Assembly (NCBI GenBank): GCA_040218735.1
Contig: JAVJQW010000006.1
Coordinates: 1 to 64,000, forward strand
Length of the DNA: 64,000 nucleotides
Direction of reading: 5' to 3'
DNA from: Deltaproteobacteria bacterium
Lineage (GTDB): Bacteria > Myxococcota > Kuafuiibacteriia > Kuafuiibacteriales > Kuafuiibacteriaceae
Shown here piece by piece: positions 8,364 through 18,019 of this stretch. Under the pieces are notes generated by a model that made no database searches, was not told the origin of the DNA, and was given only the letters and a program-made list of their open reading frames with translations. The position numbers were made by a program, and so were the translations under genes. The number at the start of each line of letters is the position of its first letter. Position 1 is the stretch's first letter.

Positions 8364-10307
8364 ATGTCTGCCCCTCACGCTCTACGTTTCCGAGTCGTCC
8401 TCGCCGCCTTGCTCGCCGGGGCGTGTACGCAGTCCGCGGAGCCCGTCGCGAGCACGCAGGACGCGGTGAGCACCGCCGCACCGCTGCGCGTCGGGGTGAA
8501 GGCGACGTCCGCCTCCGCGTGCCCGGCGCCGCTCGCTTCGGTCGGGGGCGAGTGGGTGCCGATGCCCGCGTTGCCGTTCCCGCTCGATCGTTTCTGCTCT
8601 TACGCGTGGACCACACCGACGGGCGCGCCCGAGGACGCAGCGTCGCTCGACAACCTGGGCCTTCAGGGGGTGGAGGAGGCGGACGAGGGGCTCGTCGCTT
8701 CGATGAGCGGGCCGCAGGGCGCGTCGACCTCGCTCGACCTTGGCGGCCTCGTGACGTCGATGCGCACGTCGTTGTTCAGCGCGTTTGCGTCTCGCCTCGA
8801 GCTCCCCGCGGCGCCGGTGGTCACGTCCGCGGCGCCGGTCGTTCGCATCGCGTTGGTCGACACCGCGCCGAACGGCACAGGCCCGACGAACTCTCCGCAC
8901 GCGCGTGAGCTCGAAGCGCTCGCGCAGGACATCATCTGCTCCGCGGGCGCGGGCTGCGCCGCCGAGATCGAACGGCACCTCGGGTTGCCTCGACTTCAGG
9001 GCGGCGCGGTGGACCTGGTGCGGGGTGGGTACTTCGGTACGCTGCTCGACGTCGCGCGTGGGATCGTGGAGGCAACGAACGCCGCCGCGAGCTCGACGCC
9101 GCAGCCGTGGATCCTCAACCTCAGCCTCGGTTGGGAGGACGCGAAGATGGATGCGGACCTCCCCGCGTCCTACTTCGATCTCGTCACGCAGGACGACGCG
9201 GCGACGAAGCAGGTGCCGGCTCCGGTGCGCGCGGTCCTCACGGCGCTCACCTACGCGCGCTGCCACGGCGCGTTGATCGTCGCCGCCGCCGGAAACGATC
9301 CGGTGGGACGCGGCCTCTCGACGGGGCCGACCTATCCGGCGGGGTGGTCCGCGCTCCCCGCGCCGACCGTCGCGCAGTGCACGGCGGCGTTCGGTGTCGC
9401 GCACCACGCGGGGGTCGGACCGCTGCTCGTCGCGGCGAGTGGTCTCGCGGACGGTTACAAGCCGGCGCCGAACCAGCGCACGGGCGCGCGCGCCGAGCTC
9501 AACACACCCGCCACCGCGGTCATCGCGACGACGGGCCGGCACGTGCTCACGGGGAGCTCGATCGCGGCGCTGACCGTGTCTGCAGTCGCCGCCACCGTGT
9601 GGGCCGTGAACCCGTCCTGGGGACCTCACGACGTCTACGATCACCTCTACGGCAGCGCACGTCCGATGGGCGTAGCCGCCGAGCTCTGCGGTCCGAACGG
9701 TTGCGGAGGTGCTCGGGTGATCTCGGCGTGCCTCGCGCAGCAGAAGGCGTGCACCGTCACGGGCAACTGTCCGGCGTCGACCTGCAACCTGGCTCCGACG
9801 AACGCGTGGACGGCGGCCATGTTCCAAGCGGGGCGCGACGCGCTCCTGGAGGGGGGCGGGACGTTCGGGTCGCTCGCCGGGGTGTTCACGTCCACGGCGT
9901 CGTTCGGTGGCTCGTGCGGCGCGGCGGAGTTCCTCGCCGTCCCGGGCGCGGAGTGCCCGTACGACGAGCCGCCCGCGTTCGAGAATCAGAGCTCGGGTCC
10001 GCAGCCCGGCACGCCGATCTGTCCGGCGTGTTACGTCACGTACCTCGGCGGCGAGATCTATGTGCACCTGTGGTTGTCGGAGGAGATCCCAGGCAACCAG
10101 GTGTTCGCCCCGATGGTGGTCGTCGAGGACGATCGCGAGCGGAGGAAGTACGTCCTCACCGGTCCGTTACCTCCGGGCGCGTCGGCGATCCTTCACCTCG
10201 GCAACCCCGGTATGGCTCCGCAGCTCACGCGTGCGCACTTCGTCTACGAGCTCGAAGAAAATGCGAAGCGCTACCTGGCGGCCGAACCCATCCTGATCGA
10301 ACAGTGA
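8364..10307 (+). CDS. S8 (subtilisin-like) serine peptidase lipoprotein
   Basis: RBS aaggag; lipobox LAGAC; IALVDT (Asp), SPHA (His), ILNLSLGW, IVAAAGND (oxyanion Asn), LTGSSIAA (Ser); Cys-rich C-terminus PQPGTPICPAC. Confidence 0.75.
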   Translation: MSAPHALRFRVVLAALLAGACTQSAEPVASTQDAVSTAAPLRVGVKATSASACPAPLASVGGEWVPMPALPFPLDRFCSYAWTTPTGAPEDAASLDNLGLQGVEEADEGLVASMSGPQGASTSLDLGGLVTSMRTSLFSAFASRLELPAAPVVTSAAPVVRIALVDTAPNGTGPTNSPHARELEALAQDIICSAGAGCAAEIERHLGLPRLQGGAVDLVRGGYFGTLLDVARGIVEATNAAASSTPQPWILNLSLGWEDAKMDADLPASYFDLVTQDDAATKQVPAPVRAVLTALTYARCHGALIVAAAGNDPVGRGLSTGPTYPAGWSALPAPTVAQCTAAFGVAHHAGVGPLLVAASGLADGYKPAPNQRTGARAELNTPATAVIATTGRHVLTGSSIAALTVSAVAATVWAVNPSWGPHDVYDHLYGSARPMGVAAELCGPNGCGGARVISACLAQQKACTVTGNCPASTCNLAPTNAWTAAMFQAGRDALLEGGGTFGSLAGVFTSTASFGGSCGAAEFLAVPGAECPYDEPPAFENQSSGPQPGTPICPACYVTYLGGEIYVHLWLSEEIPGNQVFAPMVVVEDDRERRKYVLTGPLPPGASAILHLGNPGMAPQLTRAHFVYELEENAKRYLAAEPILIEQ

Positions 10308-10337
10308 GTCAGATCATCGGGGCCCCCCGCGTATGGG
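10308..10337 (+). promoter_or_regulatory. putative ECF sigma promoter GTCAGATC-N14-CGTATGGG
   Basis: Intergenic, 6 nt before ATG 10344; motif repeated at 13750 and 4496. Confidence 0.6.
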
Positions 10338-10343
10338 GCCTCG

Positions 10344-13300
10344 ATGCGCAGACTCACAACGCTCCTCTTACTCACCTTCCCATCCGCAGCGTTCGCCGCG
10401 CCGACCCCGGCGCAGCTCGCGCGAACGCCGGTCGCGATTGCACCACCGCCGTCTTCGGCGCCGTTCACGAACCTCGACAATGTCGAGGGGGACTACGTGA
10501 ACCTCGCACCCGTCCCGGTGCGCCCGATGATCTACGTGAACGACGCCGCCGGGCCGCACGTGTACGCCCTGAACGTGTACCTCAACGCGATTCAGCACCT
10601 CGACGCGACGCAGACGATCGTCCAGTCGTTTCGCACTTTGTCGTCGCCCGTGGCGATCGCGCGCTACGTCGCGCCCTCTGGACCCAACCCGGACCGCTTG
10701 CTCGTCGTCTGCCAGCACGCCGATGCGCTCGCCGTGCACGACCGACAAACCGGGCAGCTCCTGGAGATCGTCTACCTCCCGGCGCAGCCCGCGGACATCG
10801 TCGTCGACGCTGCCAACGCCCGGGCGTTCGTCTCGTCGATCGGTGAGGACGCGGTCGTGGAGATTGATCTGTCCAACCTCACCGCACCCCCGGTTCGCTA
10901 CGCGATCCCGTCGCGCAAGCCGATGTTCCTGTCGATCGCGCCCGGCGGCGAGGTGCTCGTCGCGCCGATGCTCTCGGGCAACAACTCGGGCGTCGACTAC
11001 CTCGCGGACAACAACGGCTCCAAGCAGCACACGCTGAACGCCCACGCGGACACTGGCGGGATCCTCGACCTCGCGGATCCGACCGTCTCCAACGGCGGGC
11101 TCCCCGACGAGGATCTCTTCTTCATCGATCGCGCTGCGGGGGTGGCGCGCCCGGTCGCCCGCGGAACGGGGACCGTGTTGCTCGCGCAGCAGGTCGTGTC
11201 CTCGAGCACCGGCGCGCTGTTCCTGTGGCAGCTCAACGTCGACATGAACAACAAGGATCCGAACAAACAGAGCCGCCCCGCGATCCAAGGGGAGATCGCG
11301 TTCAACCGCGTGACACGGATGCCGATCACCTTGCCGCCGCCCGCGACGCCGCCGACGGCGCAGCCGCAGCACTTCATTCAGCTCGACGACACCAACCCCA
11401 CGCAGCCCGGGATTCAGTACAACCGCGCGCGCTCCGTCGGCCACCCCTACGCGATGCACGTCTCGCCGACGGGTTACGTCCTGATCGCCGGGCTGCTCTC
11501 CGACAACCTCACCATCCTCGACCCCGCGGGGAACTTCGTGATCGAGTGGGACCTCCCGGACGGTTGTGTACCGCGCCAGGTCATGACGGATCTGTCCGAG
11601 CAGGTCATCTACACGTACTGCTCGGGGCTCAACACGATCGACGTCGATCTCCTCGGCGTCCCGCCGACGGACCTGACCTCGTACTCTCTCGGATTCGACC
11701 CGACGCCGACGAACATTCGGATCGGGCGCATCCTCTTCTTCGACGGTTCGTTCTCCGAGCACAACAACGCTTCGTGCGCGACCTGCCACGTGGAGGGTGG
11801 CGTCGACTTCGTCGCGTGGAACCTGAGCGAGCCGCTGTTCGATGAGAAGGGGCCGATGACCACGCAGTCGCTGTTCGCGGTGAATCGCACCGGAACGCCC
11901 TATTGGCGCGGCGCGCAGCTCAACGGGCTCCTCGACTTCAACCAGGCGTTCGTCGATCTCATGGGCGGCACCTCGATGACGCCGGCGCAGTTCGCAGACT
12001 TCGAGGCCTTCGTGCACTCCCTCGAGCCGCCACCCAACCCGTACGAAAACGTCCTACGCGTCGTCGACGACAACATCCAGATCCCCGACGAGCTGAGCGC
12101 CTTCGGCCCGATCCCGAACGGCTCGGCGGTGGCGGGGCAGGGGCTCTTCAACGTCGGCTGCGCGAACTGCCACACGATGCCGGTCGGCGGACGTGACGAC
12201 TCGATGTCGACGGGCGTCGGTTTCGGTGAGTTCCAGCAGAACCGCCACTTCATGAAGGTGGGTACGCTGCTGTCCCTCCCCGAGCGTGGCCTTCAGCCGC
12301 CCGTGCAGGTGAGCTTCCCGAACAACCAGATTCGTGACTTCCCACGCCTCGGCGTCGGGATGGCGCACGCCGGCAACCCCGATAACATCTTCGACTTCCT
12401 GCTCCTGTTCGTCGCGGCCGGGCTCCAGCCGACCGTCGACGTCGCGAATTTCCTCTTCCAATTCGACAACGGGCTCGCGCCCTCCACGCGCATCCCCCTC
12501 AAACTCGACGCGACCACGGCCTCTTGGATCCCAAGCCTCATTCAGGCCTACCAGGAGCCTCAGGCGGCGGCGGGGCACTGCGAGGTGGCGGTGTTCGGCG
12601 AGACGACGATCGGGGGTACGCGCCGCGTCGCGGGGTGGGTTCTCGATACGACGGTGAACCCTCCGCAGTACCTCCGTGACGATGGGGTCGCGCAGCCGCT
12701 GTCGTTCTTCGTGACTCAGGCGGTCGCCGGTGACTGGTTCGTCTTCACGGGAGTTCCGGTGGGTACGGCGCGGACCTTTGCCATCGACTTCGATAACGAC
12801 GATTTGCTGAACGCGCTCGAAGTCACAGGTGGGTTGACCAACCCCGACACCGACGGCGACGGGTGGCTCGACGGTCACGAGGTCAACAACGGCGGGGACG
12901 CCCTGAACCCGGCGATCGGGCCGACGGACATCACGCCGCCCAACTTTGCCTTCACCGCCGCGGCGCCGGCGTGGGTGAACGCCAAGAGCGGTCGACTCGG
13001 TTTTGTGACGGACGAGCTCACGGTGTGGGCGCTCTTCCTGACGCCGCCGGCTGGTTCGGGCCTCCCGACCAAGGTGTTCTTCGATGCGAACCCATCGCGT
13101 CGTCACTCGGTGTTGTTCCGTGACCTCAGACCCAACACGACCTACACGACTCAACTCTGGGTTTTCGACCTCGGCAGCAACATGCCGGCGCAGTCGACCG
13201 CGTTCAACCTGACGACGATGCCGCACTCCGACGGGCCTGCGACGGCGGTCGTCGGCGGCTACACGTGGACGGTGAATCAGCTCTCGCCCACGAGCGGGAC

Positions 13301-13739
13301 GTTCACCGTGGACGTGCAGGTGAACCAGAAGACCTCTCTCGGTACGCCGCTTGCGAACCGCGTCGTCGTGGCGCGGGCCGTCGTGGGGGGCAACGTGGCC
13401 GGTCAGACCGGTGGGCCGGGCATCACGACGCCGCTTCCTCCGGACTTCTGTACGAACGGAGTGCCGTACTCGACGTTGCGCGGGGTGGTCGCGGGGCCGT
13501 ACGTGGTTTCGAAGCCGTCGAACGCCGCGGGTGTCGCGCAGCTTCAGTTCACGTTGTCGGGGATTCAGCTGGGAGACCAGATCGACCTCTCGATCGAAGC
13601 GATCGCGGAGTCGAGTGGGAATGTCTGCGCGGCGGTGCCGAACGCCGAAGACTTCAAGAACCAGGTGGGTAACTTCCCGGTGGGTTGGAGTCTCCCGGAC
13701 ACGCAAGCCAGCTTGCGGAGAAGCTCGACGATCTTCTGA
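10344..13739 (+). CDS. secreted beta-propeller + di-haem cytochrome c (bCcP/MauG-like) protein with Ca-binding DxDxDG repeats and FN3-like domain
   Basis: Signal peptide; YVTN-like propeller; haem motifs SCATCH and GCANCH; KGPMTTQSL...PYWRG; DTDGDGWLDGHE; LRPNTTY. Confidence 0.75.
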   Translation: MRRLTTLLLLTFPSAAFAAPTPAQLARTPVAIAPPPSSAPFTNLDNVEGDYVNLAPVPVRPMIYVNDAAGPHVYALNVYLNAIQHLDATQTIVQSFRTLSSPVAIARYVAPSGPNPDRLLVVCQHADALAVHDRQTGQLLEIVYLPAQPADIVVDAANARAFVSSIGEDAVVEIDLSNLTAPPVRYAIPSRKPMFLSIAPGGEVLVAPMLSGNNSGVDYLADNNGSKQHTLNAHADTGGILDLADPTVSNGGLPDEDLFFIDRAAGVARPVARGTGTVLLAQQVVSSSTGALFLWQLNVDMNNKDPNKQSRPAIQGEIAFNRVTRMPITLPPPATPPTAQPQHFIQLDDTNPTQPGIQYNRARSVGHPYAMHVSPTGYVLIAGLLSDNLTILDPAGNFVIEWDLPDGCVPRQVMTDLSEQVIYTYCSGLNTIDVDLLGVPPTDLTSYSLGFDPTPTNIRIGRILFFDGSFSEHNNASCATCHVEGGVDFVAWNLSEPLFDEKGPMTTQSLFAVNRTGTPYWRGAQLNGLLDFNQAFVDLMGGTSMTPAQFADFEAFVHSLEPPPNPYENVLRVVDDNIQIPDELSAFGPIPNGSAVAGQGLFNVGCANCHTMPVGGRDDSMSTGVGFGEFQQNRHFMKVGTLLSLPERGLQPPVQVSFPNNQIRDFPRLGVGMAHAGNPDNIFDFLLLFVAAGLQPTVDVANFLFQFDNGLAPSTRIPLKLDATTASWIPSLIQAYQEPQAAAGHCEVAVFGETTIGGTRRVAGWVLDTTVNPPQYLRDDGVAQPLSFFVTQAVAGDWFVFTGVPVGTARTFAIDFDNDDLLNALEVTGGLTNPDTDGDGWLDGHEVNNGGDALNPAIGPTDITPPNFAFTAAAPAWVNAKSGRLGFVTDELTVWALFLTPPAGSGLPTKVFFDANPSRRHSVLFRDLRPNTTYTTQLWVFDLGSNMPAQSTAFNLTTMPHSDGPATAVVGGYTWTVNQLSPTSGTFTVDVQVNQKTSLGTPLANRVVVARAVVGGNVAGQTGGPGITTPLPPDFCTNGVPYSTLRGVVAGPYVVSKPSNAAGVAQLQFTLSGIQLGDQIDLSIEAIAESSGNVCAAVPNAEDFKNQVGNFPVGWSLPDTQASLRRSSTIF

Positions 13740-13749
13740 AGATCGGCGC

Positions 13750-13779
13750 GTCGGATCTCATCGATGCACTTCGTATGGG
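13750..13779 (+). promoter_or_regulatory. putative ECF sigma promoter GTCGGATC-N14-CGTATGGG
   Basis: Intergenic, 9 nt before ATG 13789; same motif as 10308. Confidence 0.6.
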
Positions 13780-13788
13780 AGTGCATCG

Positions 13789-14523
13789 ATGCTCAGACAC
13801 AAACTCACTCCACTCACGATTGTCCTCCTCCTCGGTTCGGCCTGTGGTGACCGAGCCGAGGAGGGCTACAGCCGCGACTCCATCGTCGCGGCGACCGACG
13901 CTGCCGCGTTTCAAGGAACGTCCTGCCTCATGGGTACCGACGAGGACGGAGACGGGGTCACGGACTACTTCCTGCTCTCCGCGTCCAACTTCGTCGATGG
14001 CCTGAGCCCCACAAAGTGTTTTGCGGCGGGCGGGACGGTGTTCGAGACACGATGGAGTGACGCGGGGCTCACCGCTGCCCCCGCGGTCGCCGTGCCTCCG
14101 CCCACGACGACGACGTACACCGAGGGCGGGAGCCTCCCGCAGTCCGTCCGGCAGATCATCGCGGCGGCCGGGATTCACAACCGGCCCTACAGCATCCCGA
14201 ACTACGATTGCGATGACTTCGCGAACGACCTGGAGATCCTCCTCACGAACGAGGGCTACAACGCGACCTACACCGAGATCTGCCACGAGGGGCCTCCTCA
14301 GTACTGGCACGCGATCACCGACCTTCACCTCGGCGGTAAGACCTACTGGATCGACGCGATGACCGGTAAGCAGATCAAACTCGACCAGGACGCCGACGGT
14401 GACGTCGAATCGAACAACGCCGGCAAGCCCTGTGCGAGTGACTCCGAGGGGGATTGGGGCATTCGCGTCTGGGACAACCTGGGCGATCGCATCACCGAGC
14501 TCGGCTCTCCGGACTTGCGGTGA
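13789..14523 (+). CDS. lipoprotein with papain/transglutaminase-like domain
   Basis: Lipobox LGSAC; NYDCDDFA (Cys), WHAIT (His), WIDAMTG (Asp); DEDGDG and DQDADG motifs. Confidence 0.65.
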   Translation: MLRHKLTPLTIVLLLGSACGDRAEEGYSRDSIVAATDAAAFQGTSCLMGTDEDGDGVTDYFLLSASNFVDGLSPTKCFAAGGTVFETRWSDAGLTAAPAVAVPPPTTTTYTEGGSLPQSVRQIIAAAGIHNRPYSIPNYDCDDFANDLEILLTNEGYNATYTEICHEGPPQYWHAITDLHLGGKTYWIDAMTGKQIKLDQDADGDVESNNAGKPCASDSEGDWGIRVWDNLGDRITELGSPDLR

Positions 14524-14528
14524 CGGGC

Positions 14529-15110
14529 ATGCGTCGAATCAGCTGGTTGTTCATCTTTGGCATGGCGTGTTCGTGCGCCGGGGCGGAGCACGAGATGTCG
14601 AGCTCCCTGGAGCAGGCGATCGCCGCGCCGGTCGAGGCGTGTGACGACTGCGACGACCCGCCCGCCGACGGCGAGGAGAAGAAGGGCGGCGGCGCCGCCG
14701 TCGGCACGAGCTCTACGGCCGTCACGACGTCTGCGCTCGAGACCGCGAAGGAGAAGGCGTGTGAGGCGTCCAAGAAGACGGTCACGCCGGCGCCCTGTCC
14801 GAATCCGGACAAGTGTGAGGCGGACCGGGTCGAGTACGAGTGCACTTACTCCGACGAGGAGTGCCCGGTCGTATCGACGTTCGATGACGCGCCCGACGAG
14901 TGGGTCGAGGCGTGTGAGGACTCACAGGAGCCGGCCGCGTGGAAGGCGGCGAACTGCAACCTGATGGCGGGGCCGGCGAACAAGTCGCACTTCGCGATTT
15001 GCACCGCGAAGGCGGTGGCGACGGGCACGACGATCTGCGTGCCGAAGAAGGCCTGCGACGCGGTGTTCGAGCCGGTGCAGGCGGAAGGAGCGATCGATGC
15101 TGAAGACTAA
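14529..15110 (+). CDS. Cys-rich hypothetical lipoprotein
   Basis: MRRISWLFIFGMACSC signal; many Cys; paralogue of the next gene. Confidence 0.7.
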   Translation: MRRISWLFIFGMACSCAGAEHEMSSSLEQAIAAPVEACDDCDDPPADGEEKKGGGAAVGTSSTAVTTSALETAKEKACEASKKTVTPAPCPNPDKCEADRVEYECTYSDEECPVVSTFDDAPDEWVEACEDSQEPAAWKAANCNLMAGPANKSHFAICTAKAVATGTTICVPKKACDAVFEPVQAEGAIDAED

Positions 15111-15753
15111 GGGAAGCTGGGTGATCCTGTTGGGCCTCGCGGCGTGCGCGCCGACGGTGGAGGAGAGCGCGCTGACACACGACGAAGTCGCAGCGGTCGA
15201 AGCGGCATGCACCGACGGCTGTGAGAACCAGTCGGATACGGAGGTCGCCGGCGGCAACGGTACGGCGATCGGCGCGACGAAGGCGGCGGCCGTCGCGGCG
15301 GGGATCGCCAACGCGGAAGAAGCGGCGAAGACCGAGGCGCGGAACCGGCTCTCGGTTCCGGAGTGCAAGGGAGATTGCAAGCAGATCGGCGGCGTTCATC
15401 CGGAGGCCGACGTCATCGCCGGGACCTCGACGTGTACGGCGATCTACGAGGCTTGGGACGAGCCTCGCGATCGCGATCGCAACGCCAACAACGTGAGCGA
15501 CTTCTGGGAGGATGCCTGCAACCGGATGGAGAACCGCAACATCATGGATCGCTGTGACCTCGAGGCGACGCAGGACGCGAAGCCCTGGTACGCGCGGTGC
15601 TCGTCGCACGCGCGCGCGACGGCGGTTCGTGTGTGTGTCGACAACCTCTGCGCGTGCGCTCAGATGGACTCGGACATGCAGCTGCTCTGCGAAGCCGCGT
15701 TCGAAGAGGCGGAGTACACCGAAGCGAGTGACTTCAGTCAGCTCGGCGACTGA
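15097..15753 (+). CDS. Cys-rich hypothetical lipoprotein
   Basis: Lipobox LGLAAC; RBS aggag; shares Cys spacing and W..AC with the previous gene. Confidence 0.7.
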   Translation: MLKTKGSWVILLGLAACAPTVEESALTHDEVAAVEAACTDGCENQSDTEVAGGNGTAIGATKAAAVAAGIANAEEAAKTEARNRLSVPECKGDCKQIGGVHPEADVIAGTSTCTAIYEAWDEPRDRDRNANNVSDFWEDACNRMENRNIMDRCDLEATQDAKPWYARCSSHARATAVRVCVDNLCACAQMDSDMQLLCEAAFEEAEYTEASDFSQLGD

Positions 15754-18019
15754 GCGAGAGGGTGCTCCACGTGGGGCTCAGCTTCACGGGGATCGACACG
15801 GCGCCGCTTTCGTCGGCTTCGACTTCGCCGGCTTCGGCGCCGTGTCGCCACCGCACCGGCTCCCGCGGGCGGAGCCAGAAACGACGGACCCGTCGCGGCG
15901 TGGCGATCACTTCGACGGACGCCTCCGCGCGGAGCTTCACCTCGAAGCGATCGATCGTGTCGACGAGGGAGCGGCTGTCCCAGCGAAGCCCGCGGTTGAG
16001 GGTGCCGGTTCGGTCGCCACCCCAGCCTTGGTCACCGACGACCTCGAGCTCCCCGGCGTAGCCGCGGTCCGGATCGAACGCACGTGAGCCGTCGCCTTCG
16101 GGGTCGCCGGGATCATCGTCGTGGGACGCTTCGCTGAACGCGACGAAGGCGCGGTCGCGCGTGATGCGGGTGATGGGATCCGTCGCGGGGTCCCAGTCGT
16201 CTTCCCACCACTTTGCGCCGAGCACCGGGTCGGGCGGACCGTGCGCACCTTCGTCCCACGCTGCGTAGTGGCCGACGCGTTCCTGTTGCGCGGCTTCGTA
16301 GTAGCCGAGGCCGACCACGGGGCTGCGGAAGAGGACGGCGCCGAAGTGAATGATCGGATCGTCCTTGCCGTGACGCGTGAGGAAGAACTGGTTCCTTGCC
16401 TCTGGTGACTCGACGAGGAGCCTGGGGATGTCGATGAGATCCCACGCGGGCGACGGCGGGCCCCAGAGCCCGCTGAGCTGCTCGCGTCGCGAAGGGCGAT
16501 GCAGCCGCGGGACCATCTGCCCCATCGTGCCGTAGGCGTACGCGAAGTGCCGCGCGTAGAAGGCGCCGATCGTGACCGCGCCGGCGCCGCCCATGGACGG
16601 TCCGAAGATGTAGACGCGGTTCGGATCGATCCCCTCGAAGCGCTTCAGGACGAACGCGACGAGGTGCAGCACACGTCGCGCAGTGTACGGCGTGAGTCGC
16701 CCGGACGGATCCTGCTTGCCCCACCAGTACGTCTGGTCCTCGTCGTGCGGGTAGAGCCCGAAGAGGTCGCCGCGGCCGCCGCGGTAGGGACGCCCGCCGA
16801 AGCCGTGCAGATAGACACGCAGCGGGCGCCCGCCGTCGGTGTCGTGCGGAACGACGAGGCGCGCCTCGTAGGTGCGTCCGTCGGGGTCGAGGAAGCGGTC
16901 GGTGTACTGCGCGAGGACGACGCGATCGTGGTCTTCTTGTTTCGAGCGCGACACGACCTTGGGTTGCGGGAGGCGGACGTCGTCGCTCACGACGAACTTC
17001 GCGGCGGCGGTGGAAGTCACCGTCCCGTCGGACGCCGCGAACGTCGCGACGTACGTTCGGCCGCCTTGGATGAAGTCGGGCGTGAAGCGTACGCGCTCGC
17101 CGTCGAACGTGGCGCCCGGGGGGAGGTCGACCGCGAAGTAGCGGAGCGCGTCGCCATCGGGGTCGTGGGCTTCGACTTCGACTTCCCTCGTCTTCTGCTC
17201 CGCCGCTTCGACGATCCGCGGCGCGACGATCGGCGGTGAGTTGCCAATCTCGATCTGCGCGGTGGTCGGCCCCAGACGAAGTGCGTAGGTGCCCCTCGGG
17301 CGGGCGACGAGCTTCACCGCGACCCGGTTGTGCGCGAGGACTTCGATCGCCACGTCGACGCCGTCGTACGTCCCGGTCAGGCCGTGCCAGAGGTTGGCGC
17401 CGTTCAGCACGACCTTCGTTGCTCGGCCGCCTCCGAGCGGGACCATCGGCGGATCTACGCGCGGCGTCGGCGGCTCCCGCAGCGCGACGATCTCGATCGC
17501 GCGCGTCGCGGTGTCCGTGCCGTCGGTGGCGGTCAGCTTCACGGTCCAGGTCCGGTCTTCGTCGGGCGCCGTTACGGAGAAGCCCGCGTCGGTCCTCTCG
17601 GCGCCGTCGATCCGTAGCTGCACGGCGTCCCCATCCGGGTCGACGGTCGACACACGCGCGACGAACGACGCCCCCGCGCGCACGATGTGTCGCTCGGCGG
17701 CGATGATCCTTGGCGGTGCGTTCAACACGACGAGCTCTCGCGCGGCGCTCTCGCCGTCCTTGGAACGGACGACGACCGGGTATCGTCCGCGCTTCAGGCC
17801 GTCGACGCGCGCTTCGAGCACGTCGTCACCGACGCGCTTCGCCGCGACGACCTCGCCGCCGATCGAAACCACGGCGTCGTCGTCGAAGTGTTCGCCGACG
17901 ATACGCACCACCGACGCACGTCCCCCGGGGACGGCGGCGGGTTCCAGCGTTTGGATCTGCGGCGCGTGGCGACAGCCCGCGAACAGCAACGGCAGCGCCC
18001 AGGCGAGGCGTCGCATCAC
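15734..18019 (-). CDS. IPT/TIG + Ig-domain lipoprotein with C-terminal alpha/beta hydrolase (esterase/peptidase)
   Basis: Lipobox FAGC; IPT domain; DPDGD Ig repeats; [25 protein letters not shown] (GxSxG), HGKDD, WDEGAH. Confidence 0.75.
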   Translation of the reverse strand: MMRRLAWALPLLFAGCRHAPQIQTLEPAAVPGGRASVVRIVGEHFDDDAVVSIGGEVVAAKRVGDDVLEARVDGLKRGRYPVVVRSKDGESAARELVVLNAPPRIIAAERHIVRAGASFVARVSTVDPDGDAVQLRIDGAERTDAGFSVTAPDEDRTWTVKLTATDGTDTATRAIEIVALREPPTPRVDPPMVPLGGGRATKVVLNGANLWHGLTGTYDGVDVAIEVLAHNRVAVKLVARPRGTYALRLGPTTAQIEIGNSPPIVAPRIVEAAEQKTREVEVEAHDPDGDALRYFAVDLPPGATFDGERVRFTPDFIQGGRTYVATFAASDGTVTSTAAAKFVVSDDVRLPQPKVVSRSKQEDHDRVVLAQYTDRFLDPDGRTYEARLVVPHDTDGGRPLRVYLHGFGGRPYRGGRGDLFGLYPHDEDQTYWWGKQDPSGRLTPYTARRVLHLVAFVLKRFEGIDPNRVYIFGPSMGGAGAVTIGAFYARHFAYAYGTMGQMVPRLHRPSRREQLSGLWGPPSPAWDLIDIPRLLVESPEARNQFFLTRHGKDDPIIHFGAVLFRSPVVGLGYYEAAQQERVGHYAAWDEGAHGPPDPVLGAKWWEDDWDPATDPITRITRDRAFVAFSEASHDDDPGDPEGDGSRAFDPDRGYAGELEVVGDQGWGGDRTGTLNRGLRWDSRSLVDTIDRFEVKLRAEASVEVIATPRRVRRFWLRPREPVRWRHGAEAGEVEADESGAVSIPVKLSPTWSTLSLSRRAD

